A stretch of DNA of 64,000 bases from Sphyrna mokarran (Eukaryota), in the NCBI GenBank assembly GCA_024679065.1, contig JAGIQG010000006.1, forward strand, positions 8,246,001 through 8,310,000. Direction: 5' to 3'. Position numbers and translations under genes: made by a program. Shown in pieces: positions 25,555 to 38,176 of this stretch; positions within the stretch are counted from its first letter, which is position 1, and each line of letters opens with the position of its first letter. The notes below the pieces were generated by a model, which saw nothing but the letters and a program-made list of their open reading frames with translations, had not been told where the DNA came from and ran no database searches.

Positions 25555-26820
25555 TAAGAACATAAGAAATAGGAGCAGGAGTATGCCATCCAGCCCCTCG
25601 AGCCTGCCCCGCCGTTCAGTAAGATCATGGCTGATCTGTAGTGGTTCAGTTCCACTGTCCCACTTTCTCCCAATAACCCTTAATTCCCTTGTCAATTAAA
25701 AACCTATCCACTCTTGACTTGAACGTATTCAGTGAGGAAGCCTCCACTACCTCATCAGGCAGAGAATTCCAAAGATTCACCACCCTCTGCGTGAAGAAAC
25801 CCCCTCCGCAACTCTGATCTGAACCGCCCCCCCCCACTAATCTTGAGGCTGTGCTCTCTATTTTTGTTAAGTGGGAAGAGTCTCAACCTCTACCTTATCC
25901 ATCCCCTTCATTATCTTATACATCTCTATAAGATCCCCTCTCAGCCTTCTAAACTCCAAAGAGTACAAACCTAGCCTATTCAGTCTCTCCTCATAATCCA
26001 ACACCCTCATCTCCGGTATCAGCCTAGTAAACCTTCTCTGCACCCCCTCCAAGGCCAATATATCCTTCCTCGAATTCGGCTACCAAAACTGCACACAGTA
26101 CTCCAGCTGCTGCCTCACCAGTGCCCTGTACAGCTGCAACAGAACCTCCCTACTTCTATATTCTAAAATCCAGAGACAAAAGTGGGAGAAATAAATACAA
26201 TAACTATCATCAGACAAAAAGTACCAGGGAAACTAATAGGACTAAAGGCTGTTAAGTCCCCTGAATCTAATGGTTGCATCTGAGGATATTGAAGGAAGTA
26301 CCTCCAGAGATAGTGGATATATTGGTCATCAACTTCCTAGAATCCTTAAATTCTGGAAATGTCCCAGGGGATTGGAAAAGTCCCAATGTAACACCCTCAT
26401 TCAAACAGAGAGAGAAAAACAGACAACCAGTTAGTCCAACATCTGTCATTGGGAAAATGTTAGAGTTTATTATGAAGGATGTAATAGCAGAGTGTTTAGG
26501 AATACACAATATAATCAAACAGAGTCAGCATGGCTTCAGGAAGGGGAGAGCATACCTGAAATTGATTGGAATTACTTGAAGTCAGAGAGTCGCAGAGTTT
26601 TAATGCACAGAAAGAGACCCTTTGGTCCATCCTTTCTGTGCCAGCCATCAAGCACTTATCTATTCTAATCCCAATATCCAGTACTTGGTCTGTAGATTTG
26701 TAGATAGCAAGCAGGATAGATAATGGAGAACCAGTAGGTGTAATATAATTGGATTTCCAGAAAGATTTCAGTGAGGCACCACACAAAATGTCACTTAATA
26801 AGGTCTATCTATGGTGCTGG
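25555..26820. mobile_element. Back-to-back CR1 fragments (25555-26165 minus, 26170-26820 plus)
   Basis: ORFs 25646-25837, 25867-26058 and 26274-26579 carry CR1 RT motifs. Confidence 0.8.
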
Positions 26821-26842
26821 TATTAGGGTAAGATGTTGATGA

Positions 26843-27180
26843 GGAGGCAGTGGCACAGTGACATCATCACTGGACTAGTAATGCAAAGACATAGGGTTAA
26901 TGGAGCCCAGGTTCGAATCCCACCAGGGCAAAATTCAATAAAAAATCTGGAATTAAAACCATTTTGAATTATCATAAGAGCCAATCTGGTTTACTGGTGT
27001 CCTTTAGGGAAGGAAATCTGCCATCATTACCTGGTCTGGCCTACATGTGACTCCAGAGCCACAGCAATGTGGTTCAATTTGAAATGGCCTACAAGCCACT
27101 TTGTTCAAGGGGCAATTAGGGATGGGTAATAAATGTTGGCCCAGCCAGTGACACCCATGTCACATAAATGAATAAAATAT
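26843..27180 (+). mobile_element. Deu-type (SacSINE1-like) tRNA SINE, near full length; other copies at ~5690-5905, 15540-15690, 20480-20840, 36470-37110 (two, minus), 38890-39060, 43915-44148 and 45785-46120 (minus)
   Basis: Head GAGGCAGTGGC..GGTTCGAATCCCACC, conserved core CTGGTT..CT..TGTCCTTTAGGGAAGGAAATCTGC, tail GGGATGGG.AATAAATG; family name from recall. Confidence 0.7.
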
Positions 27181-27205
27181 ATTAACAAAGAACAAAACAG
27201 CATGG

Positions 27206-29440
27206 GAAACATAGAACATAGAACATAGAACGATACAGCACAGAACAGGCCCTTCGGCCTTCGATGTTGTGCCGACCAAAATAAAAAGCAATGCCCCTCC
27301 AAACTAAACCATTCCCTTCTCTTCCATATCAATTAACCTCTTAAACGCCACCAAACTTGCGCATCTACAACAGCTGCAGGCAGGGCATTCCACTCCCTAA
27401 TCACTCTTTGAGTAAAGAACCTACCTCTGATATCCGTCCTATAACTCATACCCTTAATTTAAAGCTGTGTCCCCTCGTGCTAGCTTTCTCCATCCTAGGA
27501 AAAGGCTATCACTGTCCACCCTATCTAAACCTCTAATCATCTTATATGTTTCGATTAGGTCCCCTCTTAGCCGCCTCCTTTATAACGAAAACAACCTCAA
27601 ATCCCTCAGCCTCTCTTCATAAGACCTGCCTCCATACCAGGCAACATCCTGGTAAACCTCCTCTGTACCCTCTCCAATGCCTCCACATCTTTCTTATAAT
27701 GTGGGGACAGAACTGCACACAATACTCCAAGTGCGGCCGCACTAGAGTTTTGTACAGTTGGAACATGATGCTGCGGCTCCTAAATTCAATCCCCCTACCA
27801 ATAAAAGCTAAGACTCCATATGCCTTCTTAACAACTTTATCCACTTGACTGTCTACTTTCAGGGATCTATTGACACATACACCAAGATCCTTCTGTTCCT
27901 CAACACTATTAAGAGCCCTACCATTAGCCCTATACTCTACACATTTATTGTTCCTGCCAAAGTGCATTACCTCACACTTTTCCACATTAACCTCCATTTG
28001 CCACCTCTCGGCCCAGCTCTGCAACTTGTCCAAGTCACTCTGTAAACTAAAACACCCTCTTCACTATCTACCACACCACCAACTTTAGTATCATCTGCAA
28101 ATTTACTGATCCATCCCTCAATACCCTCATCCAGATCATTTATAAAAATTACAAACAGCAGGGCCCCAAAACAGACCCCTGAGGCACACCACTTGTCACC
28201 GAACTCCACGATGAATATCTCCCATCAACACCACCCTCTGTCTTCTATCTGCCAGCCAATTCCTAATCCAATTAGCTAAATCACCCTCTATTCCACACAT
28301 CTGCATTTTCTGTAGAAGTCTTCCATGGGCCACCTTATCAAATTCCTTACTAAAGTCCATATATACTACATCAACCGCCTTACCCCCATCCACCTCTTTG
28401 GTCACTTTCTCAAAAAACTCAATGAGGTTAGTAAGGCCTGACCTACCCTTCACGAAACCATGCTGACTATCCCCAATCAATTCATTTCTCTCTAAATAAC
28501 TATAAATCCTATCCCTAATAATTCTCTCAATACCTTGCCCACCACAGAAGTAAGACTCACTGGCCTATAATTCCCAGGAAGGTCTCTCTTCCCCTTCTTA
28601 AACAATGGGACCACATTCACTATCCTCCAGTCCTCCGGAACCACACCCGTAACCAACGAGGACCTGAAGATCAGAGCCAGAGGCTCTGCAATCTCCTCTC
28701 TTGCCTCCCAGAGAATCCTAGGGTAAATCCCGTCCGGCCCGGGGGACTTATCCAACTTCAAACCCTCGAGAATTTCTAGCACATCCTCCCTATCTACTAC
28801 AATACTTCCCAATTTGCAACCCTGTACCTCAGTGTTCTCCATAGCTACATTTCCAGCACTCTGTGTGAATACCGAAGAGAAATATTTATTCAGTGCCTCA
28901 CCAATCTCTTCAGGCGCCACGCACAACTTCCCACTGCTGTCTATGACTGGCCCTAATCTTGCCCTAACCAATCTTCTATTCTTAACATATCGAAAGAAAG
29001 CTTTAGGATTCTCCTTAATCCTATCATCCAACATCTTCTCGTGTCCCCTCTTAGCTCTCCTCAATTCACTTTTTACCTCCTTCCTGGCTAATCTATAGCT
29101 ATCCATTGCACTATCTGAGCCTTCAAGCCTCATCCTGACATAAGCCTCCTTTTTCCTTTTAACCAGCAAATCAACTTTTTCGTACACCAAGGTTCTCTTA
29201 CTCGACCATTTCCTCCTTGCCTGACAGGGACATACTTATCAAGGACTCGCAGCAGCTGCTCCTTGAATAAGCTCCACATTCCAGATGTTCCCAGTCCCTG
29301 TATTTTCCTAGTCCAATCTATGCACCCTAATTCTCTCCTGATGGCCTCATAATTACCCTTCCCCCAGCTATAACTACTGCCCCCAGCTTCATGCCTATCC
29401 CTGTCCATCACTAAGGTGAATGTAACCGAATTGTGGTCAC
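27206..29440 (-). mobile_element. CR1 LINE ORF2 fragment with (AGAACAT)n tail
   Basis: ORFs 27617-28033, 27967-28209, 28196-28480 and 28492-29190. Confidence 0.9.
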
Positions 29441-30697
29441 CAACAGGCCCTTCGGCCCAACGAGCCCGTGCCACCATCTCGATGTTCCCACTTCTACCCA
29501 TGATCCCTGTCTATGTTTATAGATCTATGAATTGGAACCAAATTTGAGCCAGTTTAGGGAGAATTTGTTCTGCTAATCAGCCTAAGAGCACATCTTTGGG
29601 ATGTGGGAGGAAACCGGAGCACCCGGAGAAAACCCACGCAAGCACGGGGAGAATGTGCAAACTCCCACAGACACAGGCCCAAATCCATGTATCTGCACAG
29701 CACAGCGATAGTCACTGATCTGTTGTGTTGCCCATCAAATGGTCCAGGTCAAGCGTTTACTAACGACGTGAAGCACTAGGATACTCTCGAAAAATCCAAG
29801 AGCAGCCCTCTCACGACCCATCGCATGTATGTTCCTCATTAGACAACAAGTCGCCCTTCATCGACTGTTTTCATCACCTCCTCAAAACATTCTACCAGAT
29901 TCGTAAGGCACGACCTCCCCATAGCAAATCCATGCTGCTTATCCCTAATCAGATCGCAATGCTCTAAGTGCCTATACATCCTATCCCTAAGAATCCCCTC
30001 CAACAGCTTTCCTACCACTGATGCCAAATTCACTGGCCTATAATTCTCAGGGTTATCCCTACTACCCTTTTTAAACAACGGTACAACATTAACTATTCTC
30101 CAGTCCTCTGGGACCTCACCTGTGTCCAAAGAAGAGACAAAGATTTGTGTCAGAGGCCCAGCAATTTCACCTCACACCTCCGTAAGCAGCCTGGGATAAA
30201 TGCCATCAGGCCCAGGAGATTTATCAGGTTTAATACTACCTAGAAGCTCTAACACTTCCTCCCTCGGTATGGATATTTCCCTCAACTGGTCCACAGCTCC
30301 CTCAGAGACAGGACCGGTCAACAAGCCCCTCTCCTTCGTGAATACCGACACAAAGTATTCATTCAGGATCTCCCCCACTCCCTCGGGCTCTAAGCACAGT
30401 TCCCCTTCTCTGTCCCTAAGAGGTCCAATTTTTCCTCTAGCACCCTTTTATTCCTAACGTAGGAATAAAAAGTCTTTGGATTTTCTTTAATCCTATCTGC
30501 CAAAACCATTTCATGTCCCCTTTCTGCCCTTCTAACTCCCTGTTTGAGCTCCCTCCTACTCTCTCTATATTCCTCCAACGCTCTCTCCGTTCCCAGCTGC
30601 TTTGACCTATCATACGCCTCTCTTTTCTTCCTCACCAAATCCTCAATATTCCTGGTAATCCACGGCTCTCTAATCCTACCTTTCCCATCCTTCCTCA
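29441..30697 (-). mobile_element. Internally deleted CR1 carrying a divergent version of the 3' module
   Basis: ORF2 pieces 30390-30698, 30172-30378 and 29839-30129 join directly to the module (29441-29850). Confidence 0.85.
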
Positions 30698-31089
30698 TGG
30701 ATAGAGGATTGGCTAATTGATAGAAACTCTATCAGCATCTTCACATTGTAATTGAAAGAAGACAGAGAGTTGGGATTAGTTGGGTGTTATGTTGGTACAG
30801 TTGTACAGTGATTAGCACTGCTGCCTCAGCGCCACGGATCTGAGTTCGATCTGGGCCTTGGGTCACTGTGCAGATTCCACACATTCTCCTTGTGTCTGCA
30901 TGGGTTTCCTCCGGGTCCTCCACAGTCCAAAAGATGTGCTGGTTAGGTGGATTGGCCACGCTAAATTCTCTCTCAGTGTACCTGAACAGGTGCCTGACTG
31001 TGGCAACTAGGGAATTGTCACAGTAACTTCATTGCAGTGTTAATGTAAGCCTACTTGTGACACTAATAAACGACCTTAACCTTAAAAGA

Positions 31090-32160
31090 GGGGTAATTTC
31101 AGAATGGCAACTTGTGGAGTGTCCCAGGGAGCAGTGCTGAGTGCTGGGGCCACAATTATTTACAATATATATCAATAGTTTGGATGAGGGAAGTGAAAGT
31201 ACCATTGCCAAGTTTGTGGGTGACTCAAAAATAGGTGGGAGGCAAGTGGTGGGGATGACACCACAGAGGGATATAGACAGGTTAAATGAGTGGGCAAAAA
31301 TTTGGCAGATGGAATATAACATACAAAAGTGCACTTTGGTCAGAAGAATAAAGGAGCTGAATATTATTTAAATGGAGACAGACTGCAGAAAGTTGCAGCA
31401 CGGAGGGGGTTTGGGATCCTCGTGCATAAATCACAAAAAGCTAACATGCAAATTCAGGTGATAATAGAGAAGGCAATTGGAATGTTGGCCTTTATTTCAA
31501 AAAGAATGGAATATAAAATTAGGGAAGTCTTGTTAAAACTATACAAAGCACTAGTTAGACCACATCTGGAATACCGTGAACAGTACTGGTCTCCTTATCT
31601 AAGGAAAGATATGCTGGCATTGGAGGCAGTCAAGAGAAGATAAAGGTACATGGTACACTCTATCAATCAGGGTATAGACTACAAAAGCAGCAATGATGGA
31701 GTTGTATAGAATTGTATAGAATTATAAGAGATTGAATAGGTTGGGTCTGTACTCACTGGAGTTTAGAAGAACGAGAGGCCACCTTATTGAGATATATCGG
31801 ATTCTCGGGGGGTTGACAGGGTCGATGCTGAGAGGTTGTTTCCCTTTGTGGGAGAGTCTGGGAGCAGAGGACAGAGTCTCAGAGTGAGGGGGTGACCCAT
31901 CAGAGACAGAGATGAGGAGGAATTTCTTCTTTCAGAGGGAGTGAATCTGTGGAATTCTTTCCCACAGAGCTCTGTAGAGACTGGGCACTAAGTAGGTTCA
32001 AGGCTGAGACAGACAGATTTATAATTAATCAGGGAATCAAGGGTTATGGGGATAAGGTGGGAAAGTGGAGTTGAGGATTTTCACATCAGATCAGTCATGG
32101 TCTCATTGAATGGCAGAGCAGACACGATATGGCAAATGGCCAATTTCTGCTCCTACGTCC
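31090..32160 (+). mobile_element. Old CR1 RT/3' fragments
   Basis: ORFs 31141-31371 and 31329-31643. Confidence 0.8.
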
Positions 32161-32796
32161 AATGTCCCTGACATCAAGGCCCCATTTTCCTGAGTGTGGT
32201 ATCAAGGATCCCTGTAAAACTGGAGTCAATGATTGCACGACGTTCAGCACCATTCACCACTCCTCAGATACTGTAACAGTCGATGCTCAAATGCAGCAAA
32301 ACCTGGACAATGTCTTATTTTATAAACACGTTAAAGGGAAGAGGTTGGTCAGGGGAAGTGGCCGGCCCATTAGAGACTGAGGGGACAACCTGTATGTGAA
32401 ACTTCAGGACTTTGGAAGGGTGATTTAAATCAATATTCTCATTGGTCTTCACTCAGGAAAAGGAGAACGTAGGTATGGACTTCAGGAAAAGGGACTGGGA
32501 GGACCTTGCAGAGTTTAACATCAGAAATGAGGAGGTATTGGAGGTTCTGACAAGTTTAAAAATGGACAAATTCCCAGGCCTGGATGAATTGCATCCCAGG
32601 CTGCTGTAGGAAGCAAGGCAGGAAATTCCGGGGGCTCTGACACAACACGTTAATTCTTCTCTGGCCACGGGGAGGTGCCAGAGGACTGGAGGACTGCTAA
32701 TGTGGTTCTACGTTTCAAGAGGGATGGTAAAAATGAATTCAGAAATTACACTGAGTCTCAGGTCAGTGAAAGAGAAACTATGGGAGAAAATTCTGA

Positions 32797-33039
32797 GTAA
32801 GAATTTAGCAACACCAATTTTAAATCCAACCGATTTATTTGATAGTAAAATTACGAGCTTTCGACACTCTGTGTCTTTGTCAGGCAAATGCAGTGTTACA
32901 CTGCATTTGCCTGACAAAGACACAGAGTGTCGAAAGCTCGCAATTTTACTATCAAATAAATCGGTTGGATTTAAAATTGGTGTTGCTAAATTCTTACTGA
33001 GTTCTTACTACCTCAGTCCAACTCCGGCATCTCTACATC
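32797..33039. mobile_element. Penelope-like (pLTR-derived) fold-back insertion: 101-bp inverted arms plus a ~40-nt tail
   Basis: Arms 32796-32896 and 32898-32998 (1 mismatch, 1-nt loop); 12-bp TSD AGAAAATTCTGA at 32785-32796 and 33040-33051; contains AATAAA and a hammerhead motif. Confidence 0.8.
32907..32943 (+). ncRNA. Minimal type I hammerhead ribozyme motif (G8A variant); mirror copy at 32851-32887 on the minus strand
   Basis: UUGC-CUGACAA-A-GACAC-AGA-GUGUC-GAAA-GC-UC-GCAA: stem I, core, stem II, GAAA, palindromic mini stem III and UH; the core reads CUGACAA instead of CUGANGA. Confidence 0.7.
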
Positions 33040-34537
33040 AGAAAATTCTGAAGCAGAGGATTAATCTCCACTTGGAAAGGGATGGGTTAATTAGGGATAG
33101 TCATTATGGATTTATCTGAGGGTGGGGTCATGCCTAACAAATTCATTAAAAAGTTTCAAATATGTGATCAAGTGTGTGGATCAGGGAAATTGATGTAATT
33201 TATATGGATTTTAGCAAAGCCTTGACAAGGTCCCACATGGGAGACTGCTTGAGAAGTTTGAAGCACACAGAATTCAGGGAAACTTGGTGAGATGGATCCA
33301 GAACTGGCTCGGTAATAGGACATGGAGATAGTGGTTGAGTGATTAGAATGTGGGGTTTAGTGATGCACTAAAGGTTCAGTACTGGGAACTGTTATTATTT
33401 GTTATATACATCAGTGATGTAAGTGAAAATGTGGGGGAGTGATTAGCCAGTCTATAGATAACACCAAGATTGGTAGGACGATTAATAACGAAGAATGTGG
33501 TCATAGATTACAGGAAGATATAAGTGGGCTGGACAGATGGACAGGGCAGTGGTAGATGACGTTTAACCCTGATAAGTGCGAAGTGATGCACTTTGGAAGA
33601 AATAACAGGACAAAGGAATATTTAATGAATGCCAGAACACGAGGAAGCTCAGAGGAAGAGAAGGATTCTGGGGCACTTATTCTGGAAGATGGAAGAGCAA
33701 GTGAATAGTTAAAGGGCATGTGGGACAGTTACTTTTATCAGTCATGGCATAAAGTATAAGAGCAAGGAGGTCATGGAGAAGTTGTACAGAGTGTGGGTTA
33801 GGCGACAGCTGGAGAACTGTGGGCAGTTCTGGTTGCCATGTTATGGGAAGGATGTGATTGCACTGGAGGGGGTGCAGAGGAGATTCATCAGGATACTGCC
33901 TGGGTTTGGAACAATTGAGCTACAAGGAAAGACGGGATAGGCTTGGATTGTTTTCCCTTGAGTAGAGAAGGCTGAGGGGGGGATATGATTGAGGTGTATA
34001 AAGACTATGTGAGATACGGACAGGGTGAGTAGGGAACAACTGTTCCCCTCGGGTGAGGGGTCAGTCACGAGGTGATACAATTTTAGGATGAGGGGCGATT
34101 CAGAGGGGATTTGAGATTTTTTTTTCACTCAGAGGGTGGTGGGAATCTGGAATGCGCTGCCTGGGAAGGTCGTGGAGGCCGAAAACCTTACAACTTTAAA
34201 AAATATTTAGATAAGCACTTGAAACACCAGAACATTCAAGAATATGGAACAAGGGCAGGAAGACGGGTACCTTTAGTGGTAGTTATTGTTGGTGCAGACT
34301 CGATGGGCTGAAGGGCTCTTTCTGTTGTGTATGTCTCTGGGAAGGAACTGAAATGTAATTTTTATATCTTCCTCTTTCTAGTCTCCTAATGTTGAGCCAG
34401 CTGCTTCCTCTATTAGCACAGTGACTCATCCAGTCAGTGTTCAGTCTGATGTTAACTCGGCTGAATTAGTGCATTAATCACAAGGCATCCTGCTCAATGA
34501 TTCAGCATCTCACTTCAACTCTTCTCTTTGCTCTCAG

Positions 34538-34921
34538 GCCCACCCACCATCCTCAACACGTCCATCCAAGTTATTAATGACACACAGTTTACCTTCTTGT
34601 GCCTGGCCAGAGGGGAACCCACCCCGAACATCGTGTGGCTCGACCCCCAGAACAACAGCCTCCCCATCAATGGCAGCAACACGCCAGTGAGGCCAGGCCC
34701 AGGGAAGTACCAGGTGCTGGGGGAATTACACGGCCCAAAGCTTAGTGGGAACTACACCTGCAAGGCCACCAACAACCGAGGCAACGTCACTCACATCATC
34801 TTCTTCGCTGGCCTCAGCGAGGGCCGCGTTCTGCTGAAGGTTATCATCGGAGTTTTAATTGGGAGCCTCCTTTTAATAATCCTGATTGTTATCGTTCTTG
34901 TGATGTGGAAGAGGAAAAGCG
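34538..34921 (+). CDS. SIGLEC15-like: Siglec-15-like gene, exon 3: Ig C2-set domain plus transmembrane helix
   Basis: Acceptor ctctttgctctcag|, donor AGCG|GTAAGG, phase 1/1; PPTILNTS..FLCLARGEPTPNIVW..GNYTCKATNNRG then VIIGVLIGSLLLIILIVIVLVMW-KRKS. Confidence 0.92.
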
Positions 34922-35024
34922 GTAAGGCCATTTATAATTTAATATTTTACATGGGGTTCAATGAAATAAAAGTGTGTGATTTGGGCGTCATGTAACTTTA
35001 CAAAGGATAGCAGATCCCCAATAT

Positions 35025-35410
35025 ACATAGAACACTACAGCACAAACAGGCCCTTCGGCCCACGAGTTGCGCTGATCACATCTATATCTACCAATCCACA
35101 GACCTATCTATAACCCCCTATCCTATTAAATCCCATATACTCATCCATAAGTCTTTTAAAAGACCTCAGCGAGTTCACCTCTACCACCACCGACGGCAGC
35201 CGATTCCATTCACTCACCACCCTCTGAGTGAAAAACTTATCCCTATCATCTCCTCTGTATTTGCTTCCCTGCATCTTAAATCTGTGTCTTCTCGTAGTGA
35301 CCATTTCAGCTCGGGGAAATAGCCTCCAAGAATCCACTCTATCTATTCCTCTCAACATTTTATAAACCTCTATCAGGTTGCCTCTCAACCTTCGTCTCTC
35401 CAGGGAGGAG
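35025..35410 (-). mobile_element. Young CR1 3' fragment (family of 62046-63830)
   Basis: ORF 35104-35388 closely matches the C-terminus of 62135-63826. Confidence 0.9.
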
Positions 35411-35445
35411 ACGTAGGGTACACAAGAATCTAAAAATCAAAAGGT

Positions 35446-35770
35446 GAATGGTTAGCACTGCTACCTCACAGCACCAGGAATCTGAGTTCGAATCCCGGCT
35501 TGGATCTCTGTCTGTGCAGAGTTTGCACGTTCTCCCCGTTTCTGCGTGGGTTTCGCCCGGGGCTCCAGTCCTCCCACAGTCCAAAGACGTACGGGTTAAA
35601 TGGATTAGTCATACTAAATTGCCCCTCAGTGTCCTGGGATGTGTAGGTTAGAGGGATTAATGGGGTAAATATGCGGGATTATGGGGAGAGGACCTGGATG
35701 GGATTAATGCCGGTGCTGTTTCGATGGGCCAAATGGCCTCCTACTGCACTGTAGGGATTCTGTGATTCTA
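35446..35770 (+). mobile_element. HE1-like V-SINE
   Basis: TGGTTAGCACTGCT..GTTCGAATCCC head, V-domain and tail. Confidence 0.85.
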
Positions 35771-35799
35771 TAAAAGGGGACAAGGAATGAGAAGCCGAG

Positions 35800-36190
35800 G
35801 CCAAGTCAGGATGGTGAGTGACTCAGAGGGAACTTCCAGGCGATAGGGGTTATGGGTTTGGAAAGTGCTGTTGAAGGAGCCTTGGTGAGTTGCTGTTGTG
35901 TTTCATGTAGATGGTACACACAGCTACCACTGAGTGTGGATGTTGGAGGAAAATGTTAAATGTGATGGATGTGGTGCCAATCAAGTGGGACTACTTTGTC
36001 CTGAATGGTGTTGAGCTTCTTGAGTTTTGTTGGAGCTGCACCCATCCAGGCAAGTGGGGAGTGTTCCCTCACACTCCTGACTTGTGCCTCGTAGATGGTG
36101 GACAGGCTCTGGGGACTCAGGAGGTGAGTTACTCGCCACAGGATTCCCAGCCTCCTTGTGTAACCACTTTGTTTATATGGCTGGTTCATT
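35800..36190 (-). mobile_element. L2/Crack-type LINE fragment; related pieces at ~17215-17400 and ~24715-25500
   Basis: RRLGILWRVTHLLSPQSLSTIYEAQVRS..EHSPLAW motif (ORF 35956-36219). Confidence 0.6.
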
Positions 36191-36266
36191 GATAAACATT
36201 CAGTGTGACATTTGACCACAGCAAAAACTTTAATGCTTCAATATTTTGTGTTCTTTCTTCATTCAG

Positions 36267-36297
36267 GATCTGTAACATTTAACCGAGGCACTAAAAG
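36267..36297 (+). CDS. SIGLEC15-like: Siglec-15-like gene, exon 4: 31-nt cytoplasmic micro-exon (GSVTFNRGTK)
   Basis: Polypyrimidine acceptor ttctttcttcattcag|, donor AAG|GTATGA, phase 1 in / phase 2 out, open frame. Confidence 0.75.
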
Positions 36298-38176
36298 GTA
36301 TGATTCCACCATCTGACTTTTGCTGTTAGAGTTTTGATGTGTTTTCTTTAAGCGTCAGAATAATGAAATTTTATGTCTACATCATGTTTAATTTGCAAAC
36401 AGTTTTTCAGTCGTGATCACAGAAATAATATCCTTCCGTGAAGGTCAGCATTTGTTGCACATCCCTATTTTTTTTATTCATTTGTGGGACGGGTCAGTAT
36501 TTATTGCACATCCCTGATTGCCCTTGAAGCTGAGTGTGTCGCTCGGCCATTTCAGAGGGCAGTTGAGACTCAGCCAAATTGCTGTGTCTCTGGAGTCACA
36601 TGTAAGCCAGATCGAGTAAGGATGGCAGATTTCCTTCCCTAAAGGACATTAATGAATCAAATGGGTTTTTCCAACAATGATTTCATGGTCAGTCAATTTT
36701 TAATTCCAGATATTTTTTATTGAATTCAAATCCCATCATCTGTCGTGGCGGGATTCGAACCCATTAGCTGAGTTCCTGATTAATAATCCAGTGATAATAC
36801 CACTAGGCCATCACCTCCCTCAGTTGAGTGTCTTGCTGTTCAGAGGGCAGCTAATATCAGCCAGAGGAATGTAACTCTAGAGTCATATATAGGCCAGACC
36901 AGGTAAAGATGGCAGATTTCCTTCCCTGAAGGACATTGGTGAATGAGGTGAGATGATGTTAGTTGTCACAGTCACCATTACTAAAACTAGCTTCACACTA
37001 CACAGTTACTACTTCAATTTAAATTCACCATCTGCTGTGGTGGGATTGGAGCCCATGTCCCCAGGCATTAGGCTGGCTCTCCGGGTTACTGACATTATCC
37101 CACTAGTCACTGTCTTACCCCAAAGAGGCCTTCACAATCCTCTGGTTCATGTAGGAATACAGTTCCCTGCTTTCACCAATCAGCCGGTACAATGGGATAT
37201 CTGAAAGAGAAGATGATTCAATAAGATCATTCAAAAGGAGATTGGATAAATACTTGAAGAGGAAAATGAGAGATCCAGGAGGAAGGTGTAAGTGGAAGTG
37301 GAATTCTAATTGCACAATCTTTCAAAAAGCTAGCACATGCACAAATAGGCTGAATGGTCACAATTCATTGAACCCTGTTGGATGAATCATTGCATAAGAA
37401 CACAAGAGATAGGAACAGAAGATGGCCATTCAGCCCCTCAAGCCTGCTGCCCTACACAATAAGATCAAGTGTGCATTCTTAGCTCCATTTTCCTGCCTCG
37501 CCCCCATTACTCTCAACTTCCTTTGCGATCAGATATCTGTCTAACTCAGCCCTGAATCTATTCAATAATCCAGCCCCCACTGCTGTCTGAGGAACAGAAT
37601 TCCAAACACTAACAACCCTCAGAGAAGACATTTTTCCTCATCCCCACCTTAAATGGGAGATTCCTTATTTTTGGTTTTGGGTTCTTGAACGAGAGGAAGC
37701 ATCGTCCCAGCTTCCATTCTGTCAAACCCGCTCACAATCGTATATTTCAGTAAGTTAACCAATGGCTCTCCAGAGCTTTCCTCAGGGGGTGCTGGGGTGA
37801 GGGGAGGAGATTTAAACCTGCCAATGACAAAGCACACCAGCAGCCCTATAAAAGGGTCCCTGATTGGAGCAGGCAGCTTTGCAGTTACTGGGAAAGCTCC
37901 CGGTAGAGTGATGGTGACACGAGCCTCTAATTAACCAACATTCCTAATGCCCACGGGCTGGGAACATTCAATCCTAAAATTCTCCCCCTCATCGTTGAAT
38001 CCCCTTCACTGAATCACAGAATAGTTACAGTGCAGAAGGAGACCATTTGGCCCATCATGTCTACACTGGCCTTCAAATGAACAACTCACTTAATGCCATA
38101 TCCCCACTTTTTTCTCATAAGCCTGTAAATTCTCTCTCTTCAGATAACACTCCTATTTCCTTTCAAAAGCTTTGAT

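Larger units (their letters stand above)
32320..34330 (+). mobile_element. Old CR1 ORF2, interrupted by a Penelope-type fold-back insertion
   Basis: Decayed RT motifs continue on both sides of 32797-33039. Confidence 0.8.

Noticed and set aside
32700-33119. 139-aa ORF and matching antisense ORF 32708-32923 with the same peptide
   Set aside because: Artefact of reading through a DNA palindrome
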